Positions 18,618 to 28,351 of a stretch of DNA of 64,000 nt are shown here, piece by piece (the stretch's first letter is position 1; each line of letters opens with the position of its first letter). The stretch spans positions 32,001-96,000 of the forward strand of contig CAXXJS010000020.1 in assembly GCA_963662665.2 (NCBI GenBank), given 5' to 3'. Source of the DNA: Candidatus Latescibacterota bacterium (lineage in GTDB: Bacteria; Latescibacterota; UBA2968; GCA-2709665). A model generated the notes under the pieces. It had not been told where the DNA came from, made no database searches, and saw nothing but the letters and a program-made list of their open reading frames with translations. The position numbers and the translations under genes are program-made.

Positions 18618-20099
18618 TCAAAGGGCGTCGAGGGAAACCTTGTCGCCATGCGTCCCGGGGCGGGATTGCCGCGCCTCGACATTCGCTTCGTCGCTCTCCG
18701 GCTGCAGGCTGCGGCGTGTCCCTCTGTCTTCGAGGCCTTCAATGACCCGCATCGACTTCCACTTTCCGCCCCGGAACCGGAACATGAATATCATTCCACT
18801 GGAAAAGAGATACAGGCTGATAAATATCCACGCCGAGTAAAGACCCCATCCCAGGGTCACGATCGAAAGGTAGGTCGGCAAGACCATCAGCAGCCATCCG
18901 AGCGCAATCGACGTAAGCATGACAAATCGCGTGTCGCCGGCGCCCTTTACGGCTGCGGCAAAAACGATATAGAGCGCATCGAATACACAGTAAAACGCGA
19001 CAAACCGTAACAGAACGACGGACATATCCCAGACACGATCGAACGCCTCAGGATCAGCGCCGGAAATGTAGGGCTTCAAAAGGAGACCCGGCACGAAGAC
19101 ATATCCCGCAGCCATCACGAGCATATACGCAAGGCCGAGATGCGCCGCCGACCAGGTACTGCGCTCGGCCAGGTCCGCCCTTTCCTTGCCGAGGTATTGA
19201 CCGACTAGCGTGGAGACGGCGATGCCAAGCCCCATCATCGGGAGGAAGGCGAGCGTATTCAGGTTGAACGTCACGCTTGTGGCCGCCAGCGCCGTCGTCC
19301 CGAGTTTGCCGACCAGGAGGATGAACATCGAAAATCCCAGAATCTCAAGCATGAACTGTACGCCGTTCGGTAACCCGAAACGCACAAGTCTTCCCAACAA
19401 TTCTCCATCGGGACGCCATCCACTCAGGGTACGAAGTGAGTCGCGGTATTTGGGGCGCATCATGAGGGTAAAGAATACGACCGGTATCAGGAGGTGCGAA
19501 ACCACGGTAGCCCAGGCGGCGCCGCGAATCCCCCACTCCGGGAACCCCCAACGACCGAATATCCACGCATAGTCCAGGACGATATTCAGCCCATTCGCAA
19601 GGAAATTCACCCACATTACGGTGCGGGTATCCCCTCGCCCGCTGAAGAAGGAGGAAACCGCCACCCCCGTGATACCCGGACCCGTGAAACACAGAATCCT
19701 GAAATAATCCGCCTCCAGCGCGCGCATCTGCGGCTCGTGCCCGGCCCATTCGAAAAAACGTACGGAAAACGGTATCAGGCACAGAATCATCACCCCCGAG
19801 GCCAATCCGAGGTATATCCCCTGCCAAACGGCCGGCCCTACCCGGTCGCGCTGGCCCGCGCCCCAATACTGGGCGACGAACGTATTTACATAGGCCACCG
19901 TTCCAATAAACAGGCTGGAAAACGTAAAGTGCAGCATGCCGGCCGGTAGACACGCGGCAAGTGCGTCCCGCCCGTACCAACTCAGAAATACCCGATCCAC
20001 GAAAATCTGCAGGCTCCAGGACCCCGTACTCAGAATGAGAGGCGCCGCCATCCGCAACACCTCCTTATATCCACCCTGTTCCTGCCACCGCGAGATCAT
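18618..20099 (-). CDS. MATE family efflux transporter
   Basis: Two MATE repeats: FVAQYWGAG, GRGDTRTVM, VGQYLG, GAGDTRFVM; start set at ATG 20099. Confidence 0.92.
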   Translation of the reverse strand: MISRWQEQGGYKEVLRMAAPLILSTGSWSLQIFVDRVFLSWYGRDALAACLPAGMLHFTFSSLFIGTVAYVNTFVAQYWGAGQRDRVGPAVWQGIYLGLASGVMILCLIPFSVRFFEWAGHEPQMRALEADYFRILCFTGPGITGVAVSSFFSGRGDTRTVMWVNFLANGLNIVLDYAWIFGRWGFPEWGIRGAAWATVVSHLLIPVVFFTLMMRPKYRDSLRTLSGWRPDGELLGRLVRFGLPNGVQFMLEILGFSMFILLVGKLGTTALAATSVTFNLNTLAFLPMMGLGIAVSTLVGQYLGKERADLAERSTWSAAHLGLAYMLVMAAGYVFVPGLLLKPYISGADPEAFDRVWDMSVVLLRFVAFYCVFDALYIVFAAAVKGAGDTRFVMLTSIALGWLLMVLPTYLSIVTLGWGLYSAWIFISLYLFSSGMIFMFRFRGGKWKSMRVIEGLEDRGTRRSLQPESDEANVEARQSRPGTHGDKVSLDAL

Positions 20100-20320
20100 G
20101 GACACCTCACCAGGTTCGGACCTCAACCCGTACGCCGACCCCCAACAGCCGCCGGGCAAGCAGCTGGAGCAACGCCGACGACGCGAGCGCGCAAATCACA
20201 GCAGCATCGGCGGCCTGCGTCGCCTGTCGCACTTTTCACTTGTCCGGTTATGGCGCCGTTGGTAGATTCGCTGACCAGTCCGGTTCATCGAGCCAATCCA
20301 TTCATATTGCGGGTCAGGTC

Positions 20321-21694
20321 ATGACTTACGACGTCGTCGTCATCGGAGGTGGCAGCGCGGGTTACGCCGCCGCTCGTGTCGCGGCTGACAGCGGAGCAAG
20401 CGTCGCCATTGTCGACAAGGGTCCACTCGGCGGTCTGTGCATCTTGCGCGGCTGCATGCCTTCAAAGACGCTATTGCGCAGTTCGGATCTTTTTTCGCTG
20501 ATGAAACGGGCCGAAGAGTTCGGCTTGCACGCCGGGGATATAACTCCGGACCTGGCAGCAATCAACGACCGCAAACGAGCACTCGTCGAAGAATTCGCGA
20601 AACACAGGATCGAGCAGCTCAACAGTCCGAGGTTCACACTGACAGGTGGCCGGGCCCGGTTCGAATCGCCGCATTCCGTGTCTGTTGGCAAGAAAAAGAT
20701 TTCGGCACGGAATTTTGTCATTGCCGTGGGCTCGGTTGTCAATAAAATCCCCGTTCCCGGTCTGGAGGAAACAGGTTGCCTCACCAGCGACGACATTCTG
20801 GAACTTCGAGAACTTCCCGGGTCCGTTATCGTGCTGGGTGGGGGCGCCGTGGCCACGGAACTCGGCCAATTCTTGTGTCGTATGGGCTCCCGGACGACGC
20901 TTATACAGAGAAACACGCAGTTGATCAGCGCCTGCGACCCGGACATGGCCCTGCCCGTGGAAAACCGCTTTCGGGAAGAAGGGATGCGAGTATACACGGA
21001 CACACGCCTCCAGCGCTTCAGCCGGAAAAAAGATCGTATAACCGCCCATTTTTTGCACCGCGGCGAATCGTGCACGGCCTCGGCCGACGTTGTCTTCAAC
21101 GCGATGGGCCGAACGCCGGACCTTTCCAGCCTGTCACTTGAACGTGCAGGCGTTGAAGTCCGGGACGGACGAATTGTCTCAAACGACAGGATGCAGACCA
21201 GCGCGGAACACATCTTCGCCGCCGGCGATTGCGTGGGTCCGTACGAAATCGTACACATTGCCGTGCTGCAGGGTGAAATTGCCGGCCACAATGCCGTAGC
21301 GAGAGTGCCCGAGAAGACGATCGACTATCGCCTCCGGACGTCGGTTGTATTCACCGACCCACAGGTCGCGTCGGTTGGCCCGACCGAAAGGGAATGCCGG
21401 ACAGCGGGCATTCCGTATCTCTCTGCGGAATACCCGTTCAGCGATCACGGCAAATCGATGGTTATGGGAGAAACGCATGGCGCGGTCAAGATTCTCTGCC
21501 AACCCGGAAGCGGGGAACTCATTGCGGGACACATTACGGGACCCGACGCATCCGAACTCATCCACGAACTCGCAACGGTAATTTACTACCGGGGCACCGT
21601 ATTCGACCTGCTCCAGATCCCACACTACCATCCCACGCTCGCCGAGATTATCACCTATCCTGCCGAAGAGCTCGCCGGCATTCTGGGCCGATAG
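20321..21694 (+). CDS. Pyridine nucleotide-disulfide oxidoreductase (dihydrolipoamide dehydrogenase-like)
   Basis: DVVVIGGGSAG, GGLCILRGCMPSK redox disulfide, AAGDC, HPTLAE; no MerA C-terminal Cys pair. Confidence 0.88.
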   Translation: MTYDVVVIGGGSAGYAAARVAADSGASVAIVDKGPLGGLCILRGCMPSKTLLRSSDLFSLMKRAEEFGLHAGDITPDLAAINDRKRALVEEFAKHRIEQLNSPRFTLTGGRARFESPHSVSVGKKKISARNFVIAVGSVVNKIPVPGLEETGCLTSDDILELRELPGSVIVLGGGAVATELGQFLCRMGSRTTLIQRNTQLISACDPDMALPVENRFREEGMRVYTDTRLQRFSRKKDRITAHFLHRGESCTASADVVFNAMGRTPDLSSLSLERAGVEVRDGRIVSNDRMQTSAEHIFAAGDCVGPYEIVHIAVLQGEIAGHNAVARVPEKTIDYRLRTSVVFTDPQVASVGPTERECRTAGIPYLSAEYPFSDHGKSMVMGETHGAVKILCQPGSGELIAGHITGPDASELIHELATVIYYRGTVFDLLQIPHYHPTLAEIITYPAEELAGILGR

Positions 21695-21722
21695 GTGTAT
21701 ATATCCGGACGGCTGCCCATAG

Positions 21723-21881
21723 CAGTCCGTTGAAAAAGTCGCTCTGCAGGCAAGGCCAAGTTATCGTGGCCGAAGACAGGGCGGGCGACCGCGTCGAATC
21801 GGGGATTCGGGGAGGAAGCGCAACGCAGTCATTCGGCCACACGGGCCGGACGCGGCCCGGATGGACTCTTTCAACGGGCTG
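21723..21881. mobile_element. 159-bp MITE-like element (family A, copy 1)
   Basis: TIRs CAGTCCGTTGAAAAAGTC / GACTCTTTCAACGGGCTG; flanks ATAG / TTAG; its reverse complement is closely similar to 48667-48811. Confidence 0.8.
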
Positions 21882-23240
21882 TTAGCCGGAACGCTGGCGT
21901 CCTGGATCGGCGAGACGGTGCACGAAGAATACGGTCGGCGGCACGAACAACAGGGCGATCCAGAACATCGGGCGATACGAGATCCACGCTACCAGCATGC
22001 CGGCCAGCACCGGGAGAAACCCCTGCGGCAAGGCAAACATGTTCAGGAAGCTGGTATACGTGGGACGGCGGTTCTCCGGTGCAAGTTCGAGTACGTATGC
22101 CATTCTGCCGTTGAACATCGCGCTGCTGGCGAACCCCGAAAAAACAAACGTCAGAGAAAAAAAGGCGACTTGCGGATGAAATGCCCACTCAATGCCCCAT
22201 TCGGAAAGCGGCGCGATAGCGTGTGACGGTACGTAACCGGCCAACAGCGGAACGGCAACCGAAAACGCCATCAGATACGATCCGTATACCAGCATCGCAC
22301 GACTGCCCTTCCGATGCCCCACGTTGGCCCAGAGCACGTTTGACAGTACGGTGCTGACCTGCATGACCGAAACAAACACGCCGACGTAGACGAGCCCCAG
22401 ACCCAGGTCGGTAATTGCATAAGGCACGTAAAATGGCGCACCCATCATCAGAAAGGACCACAGGATCTGCATCCCGCACAAACGACGGTAATTGACATCG
22501 TTCTTGAGCAGTCGAATTCCGCTGTTTACGTAGACCGACAGTGGTTGCCGGAGATACCGCACCGGGCCAACCGGCTCCCGAATTCTGCCGAATACGTAAA
22601 CCGACAGTGCATTTCCCACTCCAGCCGCCAGGAAAAGGGTCGCGTAATTCGATGGGAACGAAATTCCGCTGCGGTCGCTCAGTACATAGGAAATTGCACC
22701 GCCCGCCACCATGGCGGTAATGCCGCCGCAAAGCCGCCGCACAGCGAACAGACGCGAACGATCTCCGGGTGGGACGACCTTTCCCACAATGTCCATCCAT
22801 GGGACATTCCATATTCCCATCATCGAAGTGGAAATGGCATAAAGGGCCATAAAGCAGCAAAGAAACAGAAAGGGCTGACGACCACCCAGGAGGTACGTCA
22901 GCCCCGCGATCAACAACCAGATGGTACTGCGCATCCCGCCTGCGAAGAGCAGGAAGGGCATCTTGCGTTTTCTGTTTTCTATAATTCGGGAAATGAATAC
23001 CTGAGGCCACGCCCACCCGATCCGCATCAGGGCGCCGACAAGTCCTATGGCTACACTCGAGGTTGTCAGCGATTTCACAAAGGCCGGCAGGAGCATATCC
23101 GAACTGGCCAGTGTCATCGACATGAAAACCAGGCCGCCATTCACAATCAGCAGCCGGCTGTTCCTGCGAACTTCCGTCGGATCAGGCGCCCCGGACTCGG
23201 CCGCCACCCGCCTCCGGTGCGCAGACGAAAATTCCCTCAT
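21882..23240 (-). CDS. MFS transporter
   Basis: About 12 TM segments in two halves; WMDIVGKVVPPGDRSRLF, ELAPENRRPTY. Confidence 0.85.
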   Translation of the reverse strand: MREFSSAHRRRVAAESGAPDPTEVRRNSRLLIVNGGLVFMSMTLASSDMLLPAFVKSLTTSSVAIGLVGALMRIGWAWPQVFISRIIENRKRKMPFLLFAGGMRSTIWLLIAGLTYLLGGRQPFLFLCCFMALYAISTSMMGIWNVPWMDIVGKVVPPGDRSRLFAVRRLCGGITAMVAGGAISYVLSDRSGISFPSNYATLFLAAGVGNALSVYVFGRIREPVGPVRYLRQPLSVYVNSGIRLLKNDVNYRRLCGMQILWSFLMMGAPFYVPYAITDLGLGLVYVGVFVSVMQVSTVLSNVLWANVGHRKGSRAMLVYGSYLMAFSVAVPLLAGYVPSHAIAPLSEWGIEWAFHPQVAFFSLTFVFSGFASSAMFNGRMAYVLELAPENRRPTYTSFLNMFALPQGFLPVLAGMLVAWISYRPMFWIALLFVPPTVFFVHRLADPGRQRSG

Positions 23241-23261
23241 ACGAAACGCTTCCGTCCCTTA

Positions 23262-23395
23262 GAAGCCGTCTTTAAAACACCGCCGGTATTCGTCCGGCCG
23301 TAAGAACCCCGTGGCGTTGGGTCGAATTCACCCGTACGGTGGTCGAGGCCCCGTGCCCCGCGTGCCCCCCAACCGACACGTTTTCGCAAGCACTC
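23262..23395. repeat. Diverged second copy of the family B MITE-like element
   Basis: TTA-GAAGCCGTCTTTAAAACACCGCCGGTATTCGTCCGGCCGTAAGAACCCCG aligns with TTA-GAAGGTGTCTTAAAATCCCCAGCGGTCTTCGCACGGCTGCAAGAGCGCCG at 3525; right end uncertain. Confidence 0.45.
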
Positions 23396-23467
23396 GGGAA
23401 TGCGCCAGAAGTCGGGACGGTGCGCCTCTCCTGTAATTCCACTCCCCTCGGAACCCGACCGGACGTC

Positions 23468-25096
23468 TCAGATTCCAATCGCATAGCCGTCCCGCCTCGG
23501 ATCGGCCCCCCCCATCAGCGCGCCGCTATCCTGATCCACGGCAATTCCCTGCGCCCCGCCGGTTACGGGAGAAAACGCGTCTACAACGTCAATCTGATGC
23601 CCCCGGCGAACCAGGCCCGAACGGATCCTGTCAGGCACGCGGGACTCCATATATACGCGTGTGCCAGCATGTTGAAAACGGAACCTGGGAGCTTCGATTG
23701 CCGCCTGAATGTTCATCTTGTAATCCAGGAAATTGGTTGTGAACTGTGTCGTCGTCTGCTGAATGCCCCAGCTTCCCGGGGTACCCAGAGCCGCAACGAG
23801 ACGACCGTCTCTAAAAATCTGGCACGGGGAAAGACACATGTCAATCTTCTTATGGGGTTCGATTCGATTGGGGCTGCCAGGAACGGTGTCCGCCCATTTG
23901 ATGAAATTGTTCAGGAACATACCGGTCTTCCCGAGAATCTCCCCCGATCCGAACCCGGAACCGAGGCTCTGCGTAACGGCCACGGCGTTGCCAACGGCAT
24001 CCACCACGTCGAAGTGGGTCGTACAATCGTTGAGCCACGCGCCTGGCTTTCCCGGCGACACCTCCTCCGGAAACCCGGGGGAGGTGTAATACTCACCCCG
24101 GTTCACAGCGGCACGTTCGCCAATCCGTTCCCTGCGGCCCGCCGCATACGCCTTCGAAAGCAATCCATCCAGAGGCGCTTCCGGCGCCGCGGCATACGCT
24201 ACCCTGTCGGCGTTGCCCAGCTTCAGGACCTCGATGAACAGGTGGAGCGCCTCTTCCGAATGGTGGCCGATATCCTTCAGATCGTATCCTTCGAGCATAT
24301 TAAGCGCCTGCAGGATGTGAAAGCCGGCACTTGGCAGCGGCGGACAGAACACCCGGTTACCCCGGTAGGATGTTGAAATGGCATCCACCCATTCCACCTC
24401 AAAATCCTCAAGGTCTCTCCCGGAAAGCAACCCGCCTTCCCCCTGTACATATCCGGCAATTTCCGATCCCAGGTCGCCCCGATAAAATGCCTCGGCGCCG
24501 CCTTCCACCACCCTTCGAAACGTCCGGGCGAGATCTCTCTGGATCAGCATTTCTCCGGCCCTGGGCGCACGCCCGCGTTTCAGAATCACCTCGGCGCCCG
24601 TCGGCCGCATCCGGGGCACGGCATCATGCATGAATCCTGAATTCTTTACGGTGGCCGGGAAGCCGTTCTCCGCCAGTTCGATTGCAGGGCCGAACACGGT
24701 TGCCCGGTCCATCGTACCGTACCTTTCAAGAAGCTCCAGCCAGCCACCGCAGGCGCCGGGAACCAGACACGACATGACCCCGCCATCCTGCGTAGTGGTT
24801 GTCGGGAACGCCTCCGAGACGGCGGCGTGCGGCGTCCGCCCGCAATAGTCCAAAACACGTACGCGGTTTTCCTCGGCGGAATAGATAAGCGCATATCCGA
24901 CGCCTGCAATCCCTGACATATAGGGTTCGACGACGTTTAACGCCGCCGCGACAGCAACCGCCGCGTCGAACGCATTGCCGTGCTCAAGTAGCATGCGAAC
25001 CCCGGCCAGGCTTGCCGCCGGATGCGCGCTGGCAACCATTCCCCGGACGCCCGTTACCGTTGACCGATGCACGGTTCCGACAGAAGAAAAAGCCAT
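23468..25096 (-). CDS. ggt: Gamma-glutamyltransferase family (Ntn hydrolase)
   Basis: GNAFDAAVA, VVEPYMSGIAG, autocleavage Thr in DCTTHFDVVD, GTPGS, GGADPRRDG. Confidence 0.93.
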   Translation of the reverse strand: MAFSSVGTVHRSTVTGVRGMVASAHPAASLAGVRMLLEHGNAFDAAVAVAAALNVVEPYMSGIAGVGYALIYSAEENRVRVLDYCGRTPHAAVSEAFPTTTTQDGGVMSCLVPGACGGWLELLERYGTMDRATVFGPAIELAENGFPATVKNSGFMHDAVPRMRPTGAEVILKRGRAPRAGEMLIQRDLARTFRRVVEGGAEAFYRGDLGSEIAGYVQGEGGLLSGRDLEDFEVEWVDAISTSYRGNRVFCPPLPSAGFHILQALNMLEGYDLKDIGHHSEEALHLFIEVLKLGNADRVAYAAAPEAPLDGLLSKAYAAGRRERIGERAAVNRGEYYTSPGFPEEVSPGKPGAWLNDCTTHFDVVDAVGNAVAVTQSLGSGFGSGEILGKTGMFLNNFIKWADTVPGSPNRIEPHKKIDMCLSPCQIFRDGRLVAALGTPGSWGIQQTTTQFTTNFLDYKMNIQAAIEAPRFRFQHAGTRVYMESRVPDRIRSGLVRRGHQIDVVDAFSPVTGGAQGIAVDQDSGALMGGADPRRDGYAIGI

Positions 25097-25190
25097 TGAA
25101 TGAATTCCTTGCCGATAGGACCCACCGGTACCGGAACGGAGCGGGGCCTGTGCTTTAACGTAGTTTAGGAATAATCCCCCGGGTATGCGG

Positions 25191-25219
25191 AAGATAGTCT
25201 ATGGTGGATCGCAAGTCAA
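25191..25219 (-). promoter_or_regulatory. Putative sigma70 promoter for ggt
   Basis: TTGACT-17 bp-TATCTT. Confidence 0.5.
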
Positions 25220-25359
25220 TGCCCGATTCCCGCCCTCACCTGCGCTCGTCCGCCACGTTTCTGCTTGACAAAACAAGCCTCTCATGGCTTCTTATACGAT
25301 TCCTGTATGATCACCCCTGCCGGATTTTCAGGTTGTCACATCACTTCGTCAAATGCGCT

Positions 25360-26391
25360 ATGAGTCAGGAATTACCTCTTCTACCCACAAGTGTGATCGG
25401 AAGCTACGCGCTGCCGGGTTGGCTCTGGACGGCGGTCGATCAGATCGACCAGGGCGAATACGGTCCAACCGACATTCGCGAGACCTTCGACGACGCCGTT
25501 CATCTCGCCATTCTGGATCAGAAAAGAGCGGGCGTGGACCAGATCACGGACGGCGAGATGCGGCGCTGGTATTTCGTACAGAGCTTCTACCGCCGTTTCA
25601 AGGGACTCGCTTCCCGACCAACGCTGCGGCGCAAAGGCGTCTACGGATACGACAGCGTCCCGCGGTGGTGGCCGGAAGAACGGATCCAGGTACCCGATGG
25701 CCTCGGTATTGTCGAAGAATTTCAATTCGCAAGGTCCGTAACGGACCATCCGTTGAAGGCCACCTGCCCCGGTCCGCTTACGCTTACCATACATATACAG
25801 TTGAAAGACGACAGCGTCTACAAGGACCGAATCGAACTTGCTTACGAATTCGCGGAGGTGGTAAACCTTGAACTCAAACGGCTCGTTGCCGCGGGGGCGG
25901 AATTCATCCAGCTTGACGAACCCTCTTTTTCGATTGTTCCTGGAGACGACCGGAGCTGGATCGACCTGTTCAACGAAACCGTTAAGGGCGTTAATGCAAG
26001 AATCGGCCTGCACGTCTGTTTCGGAAACCTGGGAAGCCGCCCGCGGGGAAAACGCCGGTACGACTGGATGCTGGATGATATCCTTCGTGCCGACGCCCAA
26101 CAGATTTCGTTGGAATTCGCGAATCGTGAACTGGCGGAATTGGAGCTCTGCGGGGAGATTGCGAATGAAAAAGATGTCGCCGCGGGCCTCGTCGATGTGA
26201 AGTCATTCTACGTGGAAACACCCGAGGACGTCGCAGAACGGGTGCGGCTGACCCTTCAACACGTCCCGCCGGAAAAACTGACTGTTACGCCCGATTGCGG
26301 TTTCTTTCAATTGCCCAGATGGCTGGCCTTCCAAAAACTCCGGAATATGGTTAGAGGCGTTGAAATCGTCCGCAGGGAATTGGGAGCATAG
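25360..26391 (+). CDS. Single-barrel cobalamin-independent methionine synthase family (MetE catalytic domain only)
   Basis: TSVIGSY, TDGEMRR, PGPLT, IQLDEP; Zn ligands LHVC...E...PDCG; ~343 aa with no N-terminal barrel. Confidence 0.85.
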   Translation: MSQELPLLPTSVIGSYALPGWLWTAVDQIDQGEYGPTDIRETFDDAVHLAILDQKRAGVDQITDGEMRRWYFVQSFYRRFKGLASRPTLRRKGVYGYDSVPRWWPEERIQVPDGLGIVEEFQFARSVTDHPLKATCPGPLTLTIHIQLKDDSVYKDRIELAYEFAEVVNLELKRLVAAGAEFIQLDEPSFSIVPGDDRSWIDLFNETVKGVNARIGLHVCFGNLGSRPRGKRRYDWMLDDILRADAQQISLEFANRELAELELCGEIANEKDVAAGLVDVKSFYVETPEDVAERVRLTLQHVPPEKLTVTPDCGFFQLPRWLAFQKLRNMVRGVEIVRRELGA

Positions 26392-26454
26392 ACGTGCCAA
26401 CGCCCGCTAAGTGGTTTACCGTGTCCGCGGCGGGGGCGCGTAGAGGAGCGCAAC

Positions 26455-27579
26455 ATGGATGTCGTTGAGATCACTGCCGATCTCGTTTCTTACAATTCTG
26501 TGAGTCAGTTCAGCAATACACCGGTATCCCAGGCTATTTCCGGATGGATGCACAAGGCGGGCATGTCGGTCGAATTCGTCAATTACAAGGACCACGAAGG
26601 CACGCCGAAATCAAACGTAGTCGGTAAAAAAGGCAGGGGTCAAGGGGGCATCGCTCTACTCGCCCATTCGGACGTGGTTCCCGCCGAGGGATGGGATTCG
26701 GACCCGTTCAGGCTTACGTCCAGAAAGGACAGGCTTTACGGACGTGGCAGCGCGGACATGAAGGGGTCCGTAGCATGTATGATCGCTGCTGCGAACGCCT
26801 TCACCGAGAAAGAACTGAAAGTACCCGTCTACGTGATCGTCACCGCCGACGAAGAAACCGACTGCGGCGGGGCCAGGGCCGTTGCCCTCAGGTCGAAAAC
26901 GCTCAAATCGTCCAATGTCCGATACGGTATCGTCGGCGAACCCACGCTCCTCGACGTGGTATATGCCCATAAGGGCTCGCTCAAGTTCGCAGCCGTTGCG
27001 ACGGGCAGAGCAGCGCACAGCAGTACAGGCAAGGGTGTGAATGCGAACCACAAACTCATCCCGTTCCTGAATGATGTTGTCAGGCTGGACGATACATTGC
27101 GCACCGATCCCCGGTTTCGAAACGAGGCTTTCGATCCACCCCACGGAACGCTGAATATTGTCTTTTCCGATGGCGATACGGCCGCGAACGTCACCGCGCC
27201 CGTCAGTCGGGCAACCATTAACTGTCGTCCCATGCCAGACCAGGACTGGAAGCCCGTCATTAAACGCATGGTTCGCCTGGCGGAAAAACATGGCATCAGG
27301 ATTGAGCTGCCGAAAGCCCTCGATCCGCTCAGCACGAACACCGATTCTCCAATTGTGCGCGAGGCCCTTCAGATCACCGGCAAGAGAAAACCCAAGACCG
27401 TCGCTTATGGAACGGATGGCATGGTATTCGGAAAGACGATGGATCTGGTTGTGATGGGACCTGGCAATATCCAGCAGGCGCACACGGTGGACGAATGGAT
27501 CGCCAGGGATCAACTCCTGAGGGGTTCGGACATCTTCACAAGGATGGTACATCGATTCTGCATCGAAAACCCCGTCTGA
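26455..27579 (+). CDS. M20 family metallopeptidase, acetylornithine deacetylase (ArgE)-like
   Basis: AHSDVVP, YGRGSADMKG, TADEE, GEPT, HKG, YGTDG, GPGNIQQAHTVDE. Confidence 0.88.
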   Translation: MDVVEITADLVSYNSVSQFSNTPVSQAISGWMHKAGMSVEFVNYKDHEGTPKSNVVGKKGRGQGGIALLAHSDVVPAEGWDSDPFRLTSRKDRLYGRGSADMKGSVACMIAAANAFTEKELKVPVYVIVTADEETDCGGARAVALRSKTLKSSNVRYGIVGEPTLLDVVYAHKGSLKFAAVATGRAAHSSTGKGVNANHKLIPFLNDVVRLDDTLRTDPRFRNEAFDPPHGTLNIVFSDGDTAANVTAPVSRATINCRPMPDQDWKPVIKRMVRLAEKHGIRIELPKALDPLSTNTDSPIVREALQITGKRKPKTVAYGTDGMVFGKTMDLVVMGPGNIQQAHTVDEWIARDQLLRGSDIFTRMVHRFCIENPV

Positions 27580-27701
27580 GAACCCCGGCTCGTGAAAAAT
27601 TGGCAGTGATACGCGCGATTGGTCTACGATACCGACGCCGCACGAGGCTTTTCAACAGGAGCGGGGACCGTTTCTCTCGAATAAGGCGAGGAGGACAATG
27701 G

Positions 27702-28262
27702 ATGGTCAAATCCCTGACCCGCACGCTGCTCGTTGTATTGGCGGCTTCTCTGATCACAGGTTGTGCCGACGAAACCCAACACCAGTTCGCATTTCGCGGA
27801 AAATGGCGTCTGGAACGTCGACAGATGCCAGACGGGAAGATTCTGCAACCGCCTGCCGTAAGCGGCCACTACGAGTGGTACCCCACCGGCCTGACCACAG
27901 CTCATGTCACGGCCTCAATCTCGGTCGGCCAGGATCATATCCAGGTATCAGGTTTCACCTACAGCTTTCAGTCGGACGCCGTGGAGTCACAGTCATTCAC
28001 CCTTAGCGAATATATGGATGTCGGTGGCGGCTATAGAACATCATCTCACGCGAGTCTGAATGCGCCGGACTATGCCGCAACCGGCGACATGGTCGTAAAC
28101 GGTAACCTCGTTACCCTCAAATATGCCGACGGCGCGACCCAGATTTACGAAGACATCAGCATTGCAGTGGTCGACAGTGTCGTCTTCAAAGTCACCTTTA
28201 ATGACGGTACCATGGACACCTGGAGGCGATTTGCGGACCAATTGGGGGTACTGCCGAAGTAG
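27702..28262 (+). CDS. Putative lipoprotein, possibly lipocalin-like beta-barrel
   Basis: MVKSLTRTLLVVLAASLITGC lipobox; FRGKWRL (lipocalin GxW motif); beta-rich; GAGGAG RBS. Confidence 0.6.
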   Translation: MVKSLTRTLLVVLAASLITGCADETQHQFAFRGKWRLERRQMPDGKILQPPAVSGHYEWYPTGLTTAHVTASISVGQDHIQVSGFTYSFQSDAVESQSFTLSEYMDVGGGYRTSSHASLNAPDYAATGDMVVNGNLVTLKYADGATQIYEDISIAVVDSVVFKVTFNDGTMDTWRRFADQLGVLPK

Positions 28263-28351
28263 ATTCCTTTACGTGGCATAAGCGTATAAATACCGCAGGG
28301 GCGCGTGCAGAGTTATCGCGCCCCTGGTGGTTTTCCGGGACAGGATGGACG

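Noticed and set aside
20321-21694. Mercuric reductase merA
   Set aside because: No C-terminal CC pair, no NmerA domain and no mer genes nearby
25097-25359. SAM or cobalamin riboswitch upstream of the MetE-like gene
   Set aside because: No SAM-I/II core or B12-box recognised; the leader after the putative promoter is short
27584-27666. Imperfect long inverted repeat (CCCCGGCTCGTGAAAA...TTTTCAACAGGAGCGGGG) as a third family A MITE
   Set aside because: Only weak TIR resemblance, with no internal homology or target duplication
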